Source: Octopus vulgaris (lineage: Eukaryota). From it: a stretch of DNA of 64,000 bases. Below are positions 38,247 to 52,636 of the stretch, in pieces. Position 1 is the stretch's first letter. Every line of letters begins with the position of its first letter. Location: contig OX597816.1 in assembly GCA_951406725.2 (NCBI GenBank), forward strand, positions 75,020,001-75,084,000. The letters are read 5' to 3'. The position numbers and the translations under genes are program-made. Under the pieces are notes generated by a model. The model was not told where the DNA came from, did not search any database, and saw only the letters and a program-made list of their open reading frames with translations.

Positions 38247-38545
38247 GGCGTAGGAGTGGCTGTGTGGTAAGTAGCTTGCTTACCAACCACATGGTTCCGG
38301 GTTCAGTCCCACTGCGTGGCACCTTGGGCAAGTGTCTTCTACTATAGCCTCGGGCTGACGAAAGCCTTGTGAGTGGATTTGGTAGACGGAAACTGAAAGA
38401 AGCCCATCATATGATGTGTGACTGTGTTTGTTCCAGTCCCCGTAACTTAGCAGTTCGGCAAAAGAGACCGATAGAATAAGACACTCAACTAAAGGTGGTG
38501 CTCCAGCATGGCCACAGTCAAATGACTGAAACAAGTAAGAGAGTA
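38247..38545 (+). mobile_element. tRNA-derived SINE (representative of an abundant family)
   Basis: A/B-box-like head 'tggctgtgtggtaag...ggttcagtccc'. Near-identical copies at ~6436, 36210, 46431 and 57310. Boundaries approximate. Confidence 0.8.
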
Positions 38546-39159
38546 TCATTAGGAATTGTATAATAAAAATTGTTTAAACGTTTTGTGTACCGTAGCAGTA
38601 TAATCAATTTATTACAGATAAATTTTAACAGCAAAATCTTATATGGACCCCAACTGAGAACCACTGGAGCACACGATCAGACCCTTGACAAACCTCCCTA
38701 CAATCTATCTCTTCCTCCCACCCATGTTCACCAACTGCTACAATCCCCTCACTCTCATGTACCAGCCTGCACATTATATGTCCCCAATGAATCTCTTCCT
38801 CACAGCATATCCTCCTAATGCCACCTTTCTTCTACCTGTGCCTATTCATTACACCCCACCCTCTATCCAGTATACTCCTTTCACTATCTCAACTCACCCT
38901 CTCAAATCGTCAGACATGCAGTGATGTAGTCAAAGTACACACACACACAATACCTGTCTGCAAAATTCTACCCACAGAACACTGGTCAGTGTGAAGCTAC
39001 AGTGGAAGACACATGTACAACGTGTCACACAGGTTGATCTAATCTGAAACTAAGTAAATGCAAAGCAGATTTCCTATTTCCATAACTATGGTTTATCATC
39101 AAGTAGTTATTAAAATTTCGAAAAACTCAAGTGGCCAGTTCATTTTAGGAAGCAGAACG

Positions 39160-39437
39160 TTGTTGTTTATTCCTTCTCGAGCCACGCCTGGCTCATAAGA
39201 GCCGTTTCCCCAGTTTCCTTGGCATATAGGTTCCCCACCTGGACGGGACGCCAATCCGTCGCAGGTGAGCTGCAAGAGGAAAGAGTGAGAGAAAGTTGTG
39301 GCGAAAGAGTCAGTAGAAGTTCGCCAGGGCCGCGTGGAGCTTAGGTGTTTCACTCATAAACACACATCGCCCAGTCTGAGATTCAAACCCACGAACGCAA
39401 GTCCACTGCTCTAACCACTAGGCCATGTGCCTCCACA
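39160..39437 (-). mobile_element. Third tRNA-derived SINE family (representative)
   Basis: Head 'gtggaggcacatggcctagtggttagagcag'. Related copies at ~16820-17100, 36915-37120 and 43640-43915. Confidence 0.7.
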
Positions 39438-39471
39438 AGCAGAACATAACATCATAAATATTAATACTTAC

Positions 39472-39627
39472 TGTTTTCAAAAGGCATGTAAGATCTGAAT
39501 TTGACATCACATATATGGGAACATATTTATCATATCCAAAGTTTCTGACTTTGAAGAGTGTGTTGAAATTAGCAAATTGCTGGTCAACTCTTCCTTGGAA
39601 ACCAACTAGAACAACTATTCTCTCAAC
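39472..39627 (-). CDS. TPK1: TPK1 exon (VERIVVLVGFQGRVDQQFANFNTLF...LTCLLKT)
   Basis: G..GR.DQ..A..NTLF motif. Phase 0 to 0. Confidence 0.92.
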
Positions 39628-40498
39628 CTAAAGATAATAAAATATTAAAAAATAAATGGCAGTGTTTCAAATGCATCCCAAGATTTATAAATCTAACCCA
39701 ACATACAACGATTGTTAAACTACATCATGGCTAAAAATTGTATAAAATTCTTTCAATGTGTTACCAGCATCTGAGGAGAAGATAACTGGTGGCGAGCCAG
39801 CAGAAACGTTAGCACGCCAGGCGAAATGCTTAGCAGTATTTCATCTGCCGTTACGTTCTGAGTTCAAATTCCGCCGAGGTCAATAAATTAAGTACCAGTT
39901 ACGCACTGGGGTCGATGTAATTGACTTAATCCCTTTGTTTGTTCCCTCTATGTTTAACCCCTTGTGGGCAATAAAGAAATAAGATGACTGGTGTAGACTT
40001 AATGTTTCAAGATAAGGAAGGGTTGGAGCTGACTTCTGTATTTAGAATTTTTATTGAAAGGAAAATGTTTAAAGAACTGAGTGTGTGCAAGAAATCCAGT
40101 GTCTTGCAACATCAAAAATGATTATGGAGGAATGGATGGACAACAACAATGACGAAATTGTATGTCAACTAAGTGATCCTTTAGCATTCAAACTGGCCAT
40201 AAAACAGATATTCTACCTGTTTTATGTTCAAATCAGTCAGATCCAGCCTCTCATACCTATATCATTCTAAAAAATAAACAAGTCACATCATCAGAATCTC
40301 CAAACTATGAGATAATGCATAATTAATTTTAAAAAGCGTGATTAAATAAGCATTATATCTGATACGGTAATCTGAATACTAAAAGCTTAAAACTTAATTG
40401 TAAACAGCATTTACGTTTTTGTAAAAGAAGCTGTTACAACTTCTAATCCCAATTAGTCACAACTGATATATTAATTTTAACTGAATTGATCGACTTAC

Positions 40499-40588
40499 CT
40501 CAACATGATTAATTTTCCCAAAAACAATTCTCAGACATTTTGTAAAATCAGTTTCATCTTGATCAGGTGTTTCAACAATTTCAACATT
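40499..40588 (-). CDS. TPK1: TPK1 exon (NVEIVETPDQDETDFTKCLRIVFGKINHVE)
   Basis: PDQD.TDFTKCL motif with canonical splice sites. Confidence 0.95.
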
Positions 40589-43289
40589 CTGAAAAGAAAC
40601 ATCTTCACTGATGTGAGTGATTTGGATAGACATACCATAACTATTCAAAGTTAGGTTAGGCATGGCTAGCAAGACAATTACACAGATGAATGAAGGGGAA
40701 AAAACAGGCACATCATCAGAGACATTCACTGTGACGTTGAATGTGCCAGGGGCATATGTAGGTATTAGATATAGTGAATTTTCTTAGTTAATTAAAGTAC
40801 AAGTCTATCAGAGACAGTCACTGAGGCGTTGAATGCGTCAGAGATATGTAGATATTACACTAGTTAATTAGGCAGTGCAATCCATTAGAGATGGTCCCTG
40901 AGGTGTTAAATATGTTAAAGATGTGCAAGTGTATTATACTAGTAAGTTAATTAATTAATTAGGTAGTGGAGAAAGGTGCTATTTCTAATTCTCTAATGAC
41001 TGACATGTGTAACATCATCAACAGTAAGAACAAGGTAGATGTACCTGAGAGATGCTATTACGAAGGTCTTAAACTGATGGACCAAATCTTGAAAGTAAGC
41101 AGAAAGAACTGAGCTTTAACAAAATTAGTTTAACCCTCTTTTGCTTTTTTGTTACAATATGTTGAAATACACTATCTTTATTTACATTCGACGGATATTT
41201 GTCCTCATCTTGTTTGTTGTTAACACAACGTTTCGGCTGATATACCCTCCAGCCTCCTTCAGGTGTTTTGGGGAAATTTTGAACCTGGGTTCTCATTCCT
41301 AAGATATTTTTCGATGTTGTTGTTGTTGTGCGGGTAACTGCTTGGAATCAAACTCGGAATCTTGGGGTTAGTAGCCCACTCTCTTAACCACTACGCCATA
41401 TGTATGTAATTCCTCGTCTCTTAAATATAGAACTGTATTACACTACCTTTGTCTCAATTAATTTTGAAAATAGTAAGGAATTTACTAAAAGGACTTTGCC
41501 ATTATAACTCTCATGCTCGGAACTTAACATGAAATTTCAATGGTAGGTTTTTCTCTTTGATCACTTAAAAACAGGGAGATTGTACCATAGAATGAAAGGC
41601 AGTCTCAAGCAGGTTGGTATCCAAAGGGGTTAAGATGGTTTGTTGAACAACAGATATTTTTATGGTGCAACAACCCTAGTTCTCTGCTAAAAACAAAAGA
41701 TTGTACTTTGCATTTGTTGATCTTGAAAAGGATTTTAATACAGTCCCATTCTATGTAATACAAAGGTGCTGTAATTAAGGTTAGCATTGGCAGCAAATTC
41801 ACTGGATGATTTAGACAGAGGTTCTCTAAGGCTTTTATGCATTACAGTTCTTGGAGCAATGTCATAGGAGTTTTGGATTTGATGTCCTTCAGAATGCTTA
41901 CATGCTGATGACCCCGTTCTCATTGCAAAATTTGTTGAAAAGTAACAAAAAATACTTCAAAGGTTATCTAAACCCTTTCTTTGATAGCTCCGTGCTTAAA
42001 CAGAATTTCCTTTTCTTTTTAATCAGAGGAGAAAAGGCTACCTCTGTAACCTTCTTCAGTGTCTTCTAGACTAATAGCAGGAAGGAAAGAAGTTCTTCTC
42101 AGACCAGAGACCTGGTCTGAGTGCTTACAAGTGAGTGGACTTCACAAAAGCTATCATCATCATCATCGTTTAACATCCGTTTTCCATGCTAGCATGGGTT
42201 GGACGGTTCAACCAGGGTCTGGGAAGCCAGGAGGCTGCACCAGGCTCCAGTCTGATCTGGCAGTGTTTCTACAGCTGGATGCCCTTCCTAACGCCAACCA
42301 CTCCATGAGTGTAGTGGGTGCTTTTTACATGCCACCAGCACAGGTGCCAGGGGAGGCTGGCAACAGCTACGATTGGTTGTTACATTTTACATGCCACCAG
42401 CATGGAAGCCAGTCAAGGCAGCGCTGGCATCGGCCACGTTTGGATGGTGCTTTTTATGTGCCACTGGCACAGGTATCACAACTACAATTTCCATTTGATT
42501 TTTATTTTGATGTTGATGTACTTAACTCAATAGGTCTCCTCCAAGGTAAGCACAGCAGGCCATCCTGCAATACAAGGTACTTTGGATGGGCTGGGGCTGC
42601 TATGTGAAGCTGGTGCAGGAAACAGCCATGAACTCACGTTATTTGTCAGGTCTTCGCAGTCACATGATGTTAAAACTGAATGAGAGACTAAATTTATCAA
42701 TGAAGAACTAGTGTATCTAGGACTCTATTACCTGATATTTTCATTTTCTTTTTTAAGATGACAAATTGTGTTTTCAGTGAAATTTGTCTACCATTCCAGC
42801 AAACAATAGAAAAGCATGCCATACAAGGAAGTCGCAACATATAAAGCTAGCTAGTTGGGCAAACAGACAACTCATTTCATTCATATTGACAATGACATTC
42901 CGTTATTCTATTTCAATACTTAAAAATAACTGCCTGTAGGTCATTGTCAACTTGAATTCCCTTAATATAGGGCTTGACAACAGTCTTCAGAGACAACCAA
43001 CTGAATGACCTGTTAAGAGTAAAAGAATATTTAATTATATATAGAGAAGAGTGATGAAAGTCACAATACAACAGAAGAAAACAAAAGTTGTATTCAATAT
43101 TTCAGTTCAATTCTCCCAAAATTTTATTGTGTTGAATAATTCATCTCTCTTCCCTTTATATTTGTCTGGCAATGCACCAAGGAAGATGTAGGATATTGAT
43201 TAAATTTTATAGTAAAAACATACTAATGTTATCTGATACTATTTCAGTTCAGCTCTGACATTTTCCATCCATCTTTTCCACCCACTATT

Positions 43290-43560
43290 CTTGAGTGAGT
43301 CATTGAGGTAGAGTCTTCAGACATCTCCTCCATAGAGTCCTATCAGAAGCATTCATCATTAAACCATCCCATCGGATTCCGAAGCATGATGGCCAACTGA
43401 GACTATGGATATTATCTAATTGTCTCATACCTCGTCTACCCTTAGGTCTCCTGCTGGTTGGCTCAGCTTGAAGAATCCCTCTTGTGATTCTTTCTTGTCA
43501 CATTCTAATCACATGGCCATAGTAACAGAGTGGTGACTTCTCAATATTTCTTCTAAATAA
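43290..43560 (-). mobile_element. RTE-like LINE 3' fragment (related fragment at ~1320-1770, +)
   Basis: 'YYGHVIRM...GRRP.GR.G.R.LDNI...DRTLWR'-like remnants typical of RTE ORF ends. Confidence 0.55.
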
Positions 43561-44088
43561 ATTAATCAGTCAGAAGATGGATAGTATCCATGGGCTTTGC
43601 AAGGCCTCCTTTTTTTTTCTCTGATGTCCTATGTAAAGAACTGGAGACACATGGCCTAGTAGGTAGAGCAGTGGACTCGTGGGACCGAATCTCAGGCCGT
43701 GCAATGTGTGTGTTTATGAGTGAAACACCTAAGCTCCACACGGCTCCAGCAGAAGGTAATGGCGAACTTCTGCAGACTCTTTCGCCACAACTTTCTTTCA
43801 CTCTTTCCTCTTGCAGCTCACCTGCGACAGACCGGCGTCCCATCCAGGTGGGGAACCTATACACCTAGGAAACCGGCCCTTATGAGCCAGATGTGGCTCG
43901 AGAAGGAACAAGAACTACAGATAAATGGGGACATGAAAGGAACCTGTGGTGAGGTGCAATATTTCTTGAAGGCTTGCAACAGAATTAATAAGACAAACTA
44001 TATCACTGACCACACTTTTGAACAGTAAAAAAATCAAGCTATAGAGTCAAAAGCCATACCATGATGGAGAGCCTTTGTAAATGACATA

Positions 44089-44550
44089 CTGTAAATCCTC
44101 GTGTATAATCCGCATTTTTTCACCAAAATTTAAAGGTCAAAATCCCTAGTGCGTACTATATACGAAGTTAAAAATGAAAAATATTTTCTAAGGAATGTTC
44201 GAGTCTCTATTTGCTGTCTGGCAATGTTTATTCAGACGCATTTTCTGATGTCGGGCGCGAAAATACCTTAAGCTAAGTCTGAAAGCAATGAAGTCATAAA
44301 AGAATCATCCACAACTTGCAGTAAGCAACATTTATTAAACATTATTACTATTATTTCTTTATTTTCTGCATACAAAATGCACAAAAAAGCTACACGTTTG
44401 CATTATGTTATATATACAATAATAATAAAGGACATTACCATATACATTTTTACAAACCAAGGACATTATATAGACCTCCTTGACTGAATTTAGAGAAGGG
44501 GTGCGTATTATACACAAGGTTTAGGCTTTTCAGAGGTAAAGCCCCCTAAT
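44089..44550 (+). mobile_element. Second, deleted copy of the pogo-like element, without the piggyBac insert
   Basis: Reverse-complement similarity to 29480-29609 and 27560-27670. Retains the empty TTAA site (aataccttaagctaag, ~44263-44278). Confidence 0.75.
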
Positions 44551-45299
44551 AATTCACAAACTAATGACGTAGCCTACACCATACCTACAACATACCTGCC
44601 ACACCAATAAGCTATAAGTACTACACACTAACCATTCTGTACTATGCCATATCCTCTCCATGCCTACAATTCCACATGATAGTTGCTACATGCCCAAACC
44701 CTGCATCTCTCCATTCAATATCTATTACATACTACCCATGCTGTATAACATGGTATGATATACTACACCATACAACTACATCACACCTACCACATTCCCA
44801 CTATGCTTACTACATACCCATTAAGTCACTACAGAGTTGTGCAACAGCCAGATAATGTTAGATTTAGAGACACTGTCGACTTTGACATGGATAGGGGTCA
44901 ATTGTGAAAGTGGATGAGTGGCCAGTGTTTTGGGTGAATAGCTTTAAGATTGTTGGACTACTCTTTGGTGGTGTGTGTGGGGGGACAAGAACAACAAGGA
45001 AAAGGAAGGAGGAGAGAACAATAGGAATTGGGAAGATGTGGGGGGAAGAAGAAGAAGAAGAAGAGGAGGAAGAAGAAGAAGAAGGGAAGGAAGAGGGTGC
45101 CAATGATTATGGTGCCACTAATGACAATGAATATGAATACTACTACTATTACTACCTCTACTGTTGCTACAAGCAATCAACTAAAAACCACCAAATAACA
45201 TGTAGGATTGTTAAGCTAGGTGGTGCAAATGTAGGCTGAAATGTGTGTGTGTACTCATCAATTATATTACATGGAGAGAGAAGAGAGAAAGAAAATTAC

Positions 45300-45436
45300 T
45301 TTCTGTTGATAATGTTCTTTTACTTCTGGGCGGATGGAATCAAAGTCTCCTGTGATTATATCTGGCAGGAAATCTTCTTTGGAGAGATGGCTGTATACTT
45401 CATTTGCTGCACCATCGACAAATACCTTCAATACAG
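45300..45436 (-). CDS. TPK1: TPK1 exon (AVLKVFVDGAANEVYSHLSKEDFLPDIITGDFDSIRPEVKEHYQQK)
   Basis: Catalytic DG.AN and GDFDS motifs. Confidence 0.95.
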
Positions 45437-48400
45437 CTGAAAAACATAGAACAGAAATAATGATTTGTTACCTGCATATGGAATTTTGTTGCTGTAATGT
45501 TAATTAAGGATAGTCATTCTGTGACTGATAACCGAAATTAGGTAACGGACAAAACAGGTGTGACTGTGTGCTTGCAAAACTTGCTTCCAACCATATGCAT
45601 TTGAGTTCAGTTCTTCTGCATGGCACCTTGCACTAGTGTCTTCTACTATAGTTCATGCCAACCAGAGCCTTGTAGATGGATTGGGTAAACAGAAACTGAA
45701 AGAAGCCTGTCATGTGTGTACCATCATCATCATCATTTAATGTCTCTTGTCTAAGCTGGTATGCATTGAGGGGATTGACCAAGGCCAGCAATTTCAGGGG
45801 AGGTGGTAAGTTGATTACATCAACTCCAATACTTAACTGGTTTTTATTTTATTGACCCCTGTGAAGACCTGTTGAGGCAAGTGAAAATCAAAATCGAAAT
45901 CGATCAACATCAATGGAAATTGCAGCTGTGATACCAGTGCCGGTGGTATGTAAGAAAACCATCTGAACATGGCCGTTGCCAGTGCCACCCCAACTGGCCT
46001 CGTGCCGGTGGCACGTAAAATGCACTATCCAAACGTGACCGTTGCCAGCGCTGCCCCAACTGGCTTCGTGCCGGTGGCACATAAAAAGCACCATCCAATC
46101 GAGCGAGGTCGTTGCCAGCCACGTCTGGCACCAGTTGAACCGTCGAACCCATGCTAGCATAGAAAGCAAACGCTAAATGTTGATGATGATGATGACCCCA
46201 AAAGGATGAAAGGCAAACAGCAGAATTGGAATTCAGAACATAAAGATAGAAAAAAAATGTCACTTATCATTTTACCCAGGGTGCTAATGATTGTGCCAGC
46301 TTACCACCTTAAGTGTAATTATGGACATTATCCAACCATCTTGTTCTTGATCTAAGCCAATGTCTCCTGCCAATCGGCTCGGCTTGAAGAATCTATCTTG
46401 CAATTCTTTCCTACAAAATTCTAACTACATGGCATAGGAGTGGCTGTGTGGTAAGTGGCTTGCTTACGAACCACATGGTTCCAGGTTCAGTCCCACTGTG
46501 TGGCACCTTGGGCAAGTGTCTTCTACTATAGCCTCGGGCCGACCAAAGCCTTTTGAGTGGATTTGGTAGACAGAAACTGAGAGAAGCCTGTCATATATAT
46601 GTATGTATGTATGTATGTGTGTGTATGTTTGTGTGTATATGTTTGTCCCCCCAACATCACTTGACAACCAATGCTGGTGTGCTTACATCCCCGTAACTTA
46701 GCAGTTAGACAAAAGAGACCGATAGAATAAGTATTAGGCTTCCAATGAATAAGTCCTGGGGTTGATTTGCTCGACTAAAGGTGGTGCTCCAGCATGGCCA
46801 CAGTCAAATGACTGAAACAAGTAAAAGAGTAAAATACATGTCTGTAATACTGAACCTGTAACCCCTCCTTCACTGCATTCCAACTGTTTCTAATAATTTC
46901 TAAGGGCCAATAATTTTGAGCAGAGGTTCTTAGTTGATAACATTGACCCCAGTATTAGACTGGTACTTTATTTTATCAACCCTGGAGGGATGAAAGATAA
47001 AGTCAACTTCAGCATGATTTGAATTCAGAACATGAAGATTTACAATCAATACTGCAAGGCCTTCTGTCGCCCAACGCTCTGATGGTTCTACCAATCCACA
47101 ATGGGGGAAAGATGAGGACCATTACAAAGACAAATTATGAAAACCATGAAGAATGAATGGGTAGAGGGCACAAAATATGATTTAAAAAAAACATACAATG
47201 AAATCATCATCATTTAATGACTGTTTGTCCATTTTCCATGCTGGCATGGGTTAAACAGTCCAACTGGAACTGGTAAGCCAGAGAGCTACACCAGGCTCCC
47301 GTGTACTTTGGTTTGGTTTCTACACCTAGATCCTCTTCCTAATGCCAACCACTTTAGATAGTGTATGGAGTGTCTTCTACATGTCACCAGCACGGGTGCC
47401 TTTTACTTGTCACCGACACAAGTGCTTTTCATGGGTCACTGGCACAGGTGCCATGACCACGATTTCACTTAGCTTGACATATCTTCTCAATCACAGCAAA
47501 TTGCCCAGAAAAATGAGTCAGAGTAAGAGTAGGGGAGGAGGCAATCAGGAACCTTGACAAATTCTAGAATACTCTGGCTATCAAAGGCAAGTACTGTTTC
47601 CCAGTTGGGGGTTCTCTGACAAATATAATGAACAGGATCCGATGTAAAATGTTTGCATTTTCAGCTTTGGCATTTTGTAAATACAAATGTCAATCTGTCA
47701 ATAGATAACTCCCGACCCTTTGTATTTTATTTGCTCTTTGCTTTATTTCTAAAGTCAATCCTTGCCTTAAAAAAAAAATCATTCATAATATTTTATCGTT
47801 TATCTTTCATTTGTTTAAGTCACTGGACTGCAGGAAAGCTAGGGCAATACCTTGAGGGGTTCAACCAAACAAATCAACTCCAGAACTTACTTTTCTCAAT
47901 CTAGTATTAATTCTATCAATATCTTTTGCTGAACCACTACATTAAGGGGACGTAAATCAACCGACACCAGATGCCAAGTGGTGAGAGACAAACGTAAACA
48001 CACACACACACGGCATTGAGCTTAAATGTAGTTTTGTGGCTCACAAGATCCTCTGAAGCTGTCCAACCCATGCCTGCATGGAAAATAGGACAATGATGAT
48101 GATGCAATGAACTTCCACACAGTTTCTGTCTACCAAATTCACTCACAAGGCTTTGGTTGGCCCAGAGTTATAGTAGAAGACATTTGCCCAAAATGCCATG
48201 CAGTGAGACTGAACCAGAAACCTCATGGCTGCAAAGCAAGCTTTATCCAGCAAATAAGAAATGATTTCCTCATCCTGGATAAGAGACTACTCTACGACAG
48301 CTGGTAAGTTTCTTAGAAAGTACCCTTTCCTATATTTACTCAAGTCATATAGAACTAACTGCTTTGTCAGTAATACATAGTCTGAGTGTAATGTGAGCTG

Positions 48401-49063
48401 ATGACCCAGCAGTTGGTATTTTAAGTTGTTTTGCATCTCTTCCACCAATACTAAATAAGTAAAAACTAAAAAGATTTTAAATAGAACATAGAGGTAAAAT
48501 GTGGAATACGAAGAAACTTGTGATAGTTTGTCTTAGCAGAAATAAGTTTATAAGCAAGTTTGAGAATTTTAATATCGCTGTGTGGTGAGAGGAATATGTT
48601 TCAGGACCTTACCTTTCATCTGAACAATGGGGGGAGGGGGAGAAGAGAGAGAGAGAAAAACACACACACAGATGGAGATACAGAGAGACAGAGAGAAACA
48701 GAAAGAGACAGACAGAGAGCAAATGATTGAGAGTGTGAGAAAGAGACAGAGAAATGGAGAGAGAGTGTGTGGTGTTGTTGCTTAGGATGTAGACAAGTAT
48801 ATAGGAAAGAACTAAAATTTTAACCCTTTAGGCATATAAACCAGGCATTTTTCGCCCAAATATTTAATTAGTTTTGTGTTCAAACCAGCCAGATCCAATC
48901 TCTCACACCTACCCTACAATGTCATTCTGAAAATACAGCTATCACATCATTGAAATTTCAAAGCTATGAGATAATACATGATTAATTCAGAACAATGAAT
49001 AAATAAGCTTTACATTTGACAGGATAATCTGAATACTTAAGGGTTAAATAAAAGATAATTTAC

Positions 49064-49141
49064 CTTTTTGCCATAAATATTTGAAGATTTTTAGCATTGG
49101 TGTTATTGGTTGGTTAAGTAGAATCAGCACAATCTTCTCAT
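49064..49141 (-). CDS. TPK1: Thiamine pyrophosphokinase 1, internal exon (EKIVLILLNQPITPMLKIFKYLWQK); upstream start exon not located
   Basis: 'ILNQP...LW.K' TPK motif. tag| and |gtaa. Phase 1 to 1. Confidence 0.88.
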
Positions 49142-51782
49142 CTAGAAATAAAAAAAATTATAATTTCATCATCATCATCTTTTAACGTCTGTCTTCCATG
49201 CATGCATGGGTAGGACAGATGACAGGAACCAGCCAGGTGGAAGACTACCCCAAGCTACTCTGCCTGTTTTGGCAGGGTTTTTACAGCTGGGTGCCCTTCA
49301 AATTCATGTTAGACAAAACAAATCAAGAAGAAATATTTATATTTAGAATTTTATGCCAGTATAAATATTTAGTTCTTACATACGTTTTCACCATTGCAAT
49401 TATTTGGATGTCAGCACTGGGTGTTCCAAGCACATTTTGATGCCTAACTGCAATGGATCATCAGGGAAACATTTTCTTGCATCCTGTTATAGAGATCTAA
49501 TATCTGATATAATATCTATTGCATTCTCTAACAGAATGCAACAACGTGTTCCCCTGAAGACCTACTGTAGTTGGGCATCCAAATGCACCATGGCTTAGTG
49601 GTTAGGAGTGTTGGACTCATGACCATAAGATTGTAGTTTCAATTCCTCGACCAGGCAACATGTTGTGTTCTTGAGTAAAACACTTCATTTCACATTGTTC
49701 CAGTCCACTCAGATGGCAAAAATGAGCAATCCTGCAATGGACCGGCTTCTCATCCAGGTGAGGAATATATACACCACAGAAACTGGGAAACTGGCCCCAT
49801 GAACCTATGTGACTCAGAAAGGAACTTATTTATCCAAATGCACTTGGAACAGCCAATACTGAATTCCAAATAACTGTGATGGCAAAACATATGTAGGAAC
49901 TAAATATTTATTCTGGGGGTTATCTTAATTTTCACTATGTATGCTCTGTATGTCATAACTAGTAACACTGATAAGTACAGTGATTGACTAACTACCATAC
50001 TGGAAACCAACTAGATAATGGTAGTCTATATGGAGCTCTAACCCATACTGTAATAGTTATACAACTAGCTATACAAACAAGATATTTAGAATTTTACAAA
50101 TGATAAGGAATCTAGAAGTGGTGGAGGATTTGATTTGCAGAGTATGAAATGTTATGGCACAGCATTTTGGTCCCACTTATTTGGAACCAAAATTTTCTTA
50201 TTCTAGTTGAGAACTAACTTGTAATAACAATTACTAGGCTACTTGACTACTAAACTTCATTTAGTTTCCTGCTTCATTTTATGTATATGAAATCGAAATC
50301 AAATTTGATGACTGGCATCTGTGCTAGTGGAGCACTAAGAGTACCATCTGAGCATGATAATAGCCAGAGCAATAAAAAGCACCATTCGAGCGTGATCGTT
50401 ACTTGCGTCACCTTACTGGCACCTGTGCTGGTGGCACTTGAAAAAACATTCAAGCGAGGTCGTTGCCAGTACTGCTGGGTTGGCTCCTGTGCAGGTGGCA
50501 CATAAAAAGCACCATTTGAGCATGGCCGTTGCCAGTACCACCTGACTGGACCTCATGCCAGTGGCACGTAAAAGCACCCACTACACTCTCAGAGCAGTTG
50601 GCCTTAGGAAGGGCATCCAGCTGTAGAAACTCTGCCAGATCAGATTGGCGCCTGATGCAGCCTTCTGGTTCACCAGACCTCAGTCAAATCGTCCAACCCA
50701 TGCAAGCATGGAAAGCGGACATTAAACGATGATGATAATGATGATGATGATGGTGCCACACAAAAAGAACTTATTCCAGTACCATGTGCAAGTATGGTAG
50801 AATTAAAACTCAGAGAGCAAATTCAAAAACAATGAAACATTCTAATTCTGCCAATTCACTGCTTTACTTAAAAACTGATATCTATAATGATATCGACATT
50901 TGTTATCTGATATATCTGATATCAACATGCTCTCCACCAGAGAGATATATAAACTATTGTTCAGCAGATAAGTGAAAAATGATGAAACATGTTATTGAAC
51001 ATAGTAACCAAACAGCAGTGAGACAGAGAATATGAAGGACTTCAAAATGTGCACATGCACACACACATCAACTTCATCATCATTTATTTCCTCCTCCTCC
51101 TTCTCATCACCATCATCATTTAACACCTGTTCCAGGTGAACAGGAGTTGGACAGTTTGACAGGATCCAACAAGCTACAGAGTTGCATTAGGCCCTGATCT
51201 TAGCTTTGATATGGGTTCTACAGCCGGAAGCCCTTCCTAATGCCAGCTGCTTCACTGCATGTGCTTGTTGCTTTTTTTTCATGACACCAGCACTACTAAT
51301 AAGGTCACCTAGTAAATTCTAAGATAAAGAAAAGGACAAGTCTCTCTCACACACACACACACTCAACTGGGTGGAAATGTATTTGAGAGAGGGAGGTAGC
51401 TTTACATCAAGTGTTGACATTGAGATAGAGGGATAAGCATGAGTGTCTTGTTATAGAAAAGATACATAGCTACCCTGCATTATATTTTCCTTGTGATTAC
51501 TGTGCATGAAGTTGATTTTAAATATCAATATTCATAAGGAGGAAGATATAAGAAAAGAAATAAAGGTCAACAAAGATATGTATAAAGTACATGGGTGAAG
51601 AGGTTATTCAGAAGGATTTCATTTTGAAATATTTACATGAACATTTGATAATGTACTTTTAATTATTTATCTTCTTAGATTTGATTAACAGTGTTGCGTA
51701 AACATAAACAGAATTCTCACCAAGGAATTTAAATTAAAAAGCAAAAATAGAAAAACAAACCCTTCCAAAATCCCAATCTTAT

Positions 51783-52012
51783 TTAACCCTTTCATTACCA
51801 ACCCGGCTGAAACCGGCTCTGGCTCTATAGTACAAATGTTTTGTATTCATAAGTTTTGAATTAAAATCTTCCACCAAACCTTAGTCACAATTTATGTTCC
51901 TAACATTAGCTTAATGATAACTAAGTTATTTTACTAAATTCTTTGTTATATTTAAAGTAATTGAAAGAAGCAGAGAGCATCTCAAAATAAATACAGGAAC
52001 GAAAAGGTTAAT
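51783..52012 (+). mobile_element. piggyBac-type MITE (TTAA-flanked); inverted sister copy at ~60253-60481
   Basis: TTAACCCTTT...AAAGGTTAA termini and a near-identical reverse-complement copy. Confidence 0.75.
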
Positions 52013-52319
52013 GACACATGGTGTCAACTTGACACAAAATTTTTTTAATTCTTGTATTGAAATGAATGTTTTTCTTACTAAATTCAAGGCTAGAATTAGC
52101 AGTGAGTAATCAGTCGCATAAGGCTGCAAAATCTTTTCTTCTAACTACTTATACTAAAAAGAAACAAATAGAAAGGACTCTAATAGAATAGAGCTTTAAT
52201 ATTTAACAATTTTATATTGCTATAAGAAGATATTTGTGAGTAGAATGAAATATACAATTCATTTCATTTTTTGCAAAATATTGTATATTACAAATACAGA
52301 AATATATATACAGGGTTAC

Positions 52320-52633
52320 GGAGATGTACTTGCATAGCAAGTGACCCGATCTGAGATCATGTGCTGGAACAAAAACAATTGCAGCATGGAAGGTGTTTAT
52401 AAGCCATTTAAGAAACACACAAAAACCGTTAGATTCACTTCAACATTTAAATTTATTTTGCCAAAATATTTTTGTCGCTTTTAGATGCAGCACGGAATTT
52501 TGTCAGTGAACAGGTCGTGGTCTCAAAACGACAAAAATATTTTGGCAAATTAAATTTAAATGTTGAAGTGAATCTAACGGATTTTGTGTGTTTCTTAAAT
52601 GGCTTATAAACACCTTCCATGCTGCAATTGTTT
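52320..52633. mobile_element. Fold-back repeat element with ~105-bp inverted arms
   Basis: Arms at ~52373-52477 and 52529-52633. Other copies at ~2140-2420 and within the 55 kb palindrome. Confidence 0.7.
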
Positions 52634-52636
52634 ATA

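Noticed and set aside
52079-52153. AG/GT-bounded minus-strand segment as the TPK1 start exon
   Set aside because: No ATG in the phase needed to join the 49141 exon. It could only be a UTR exon and is unsupported.
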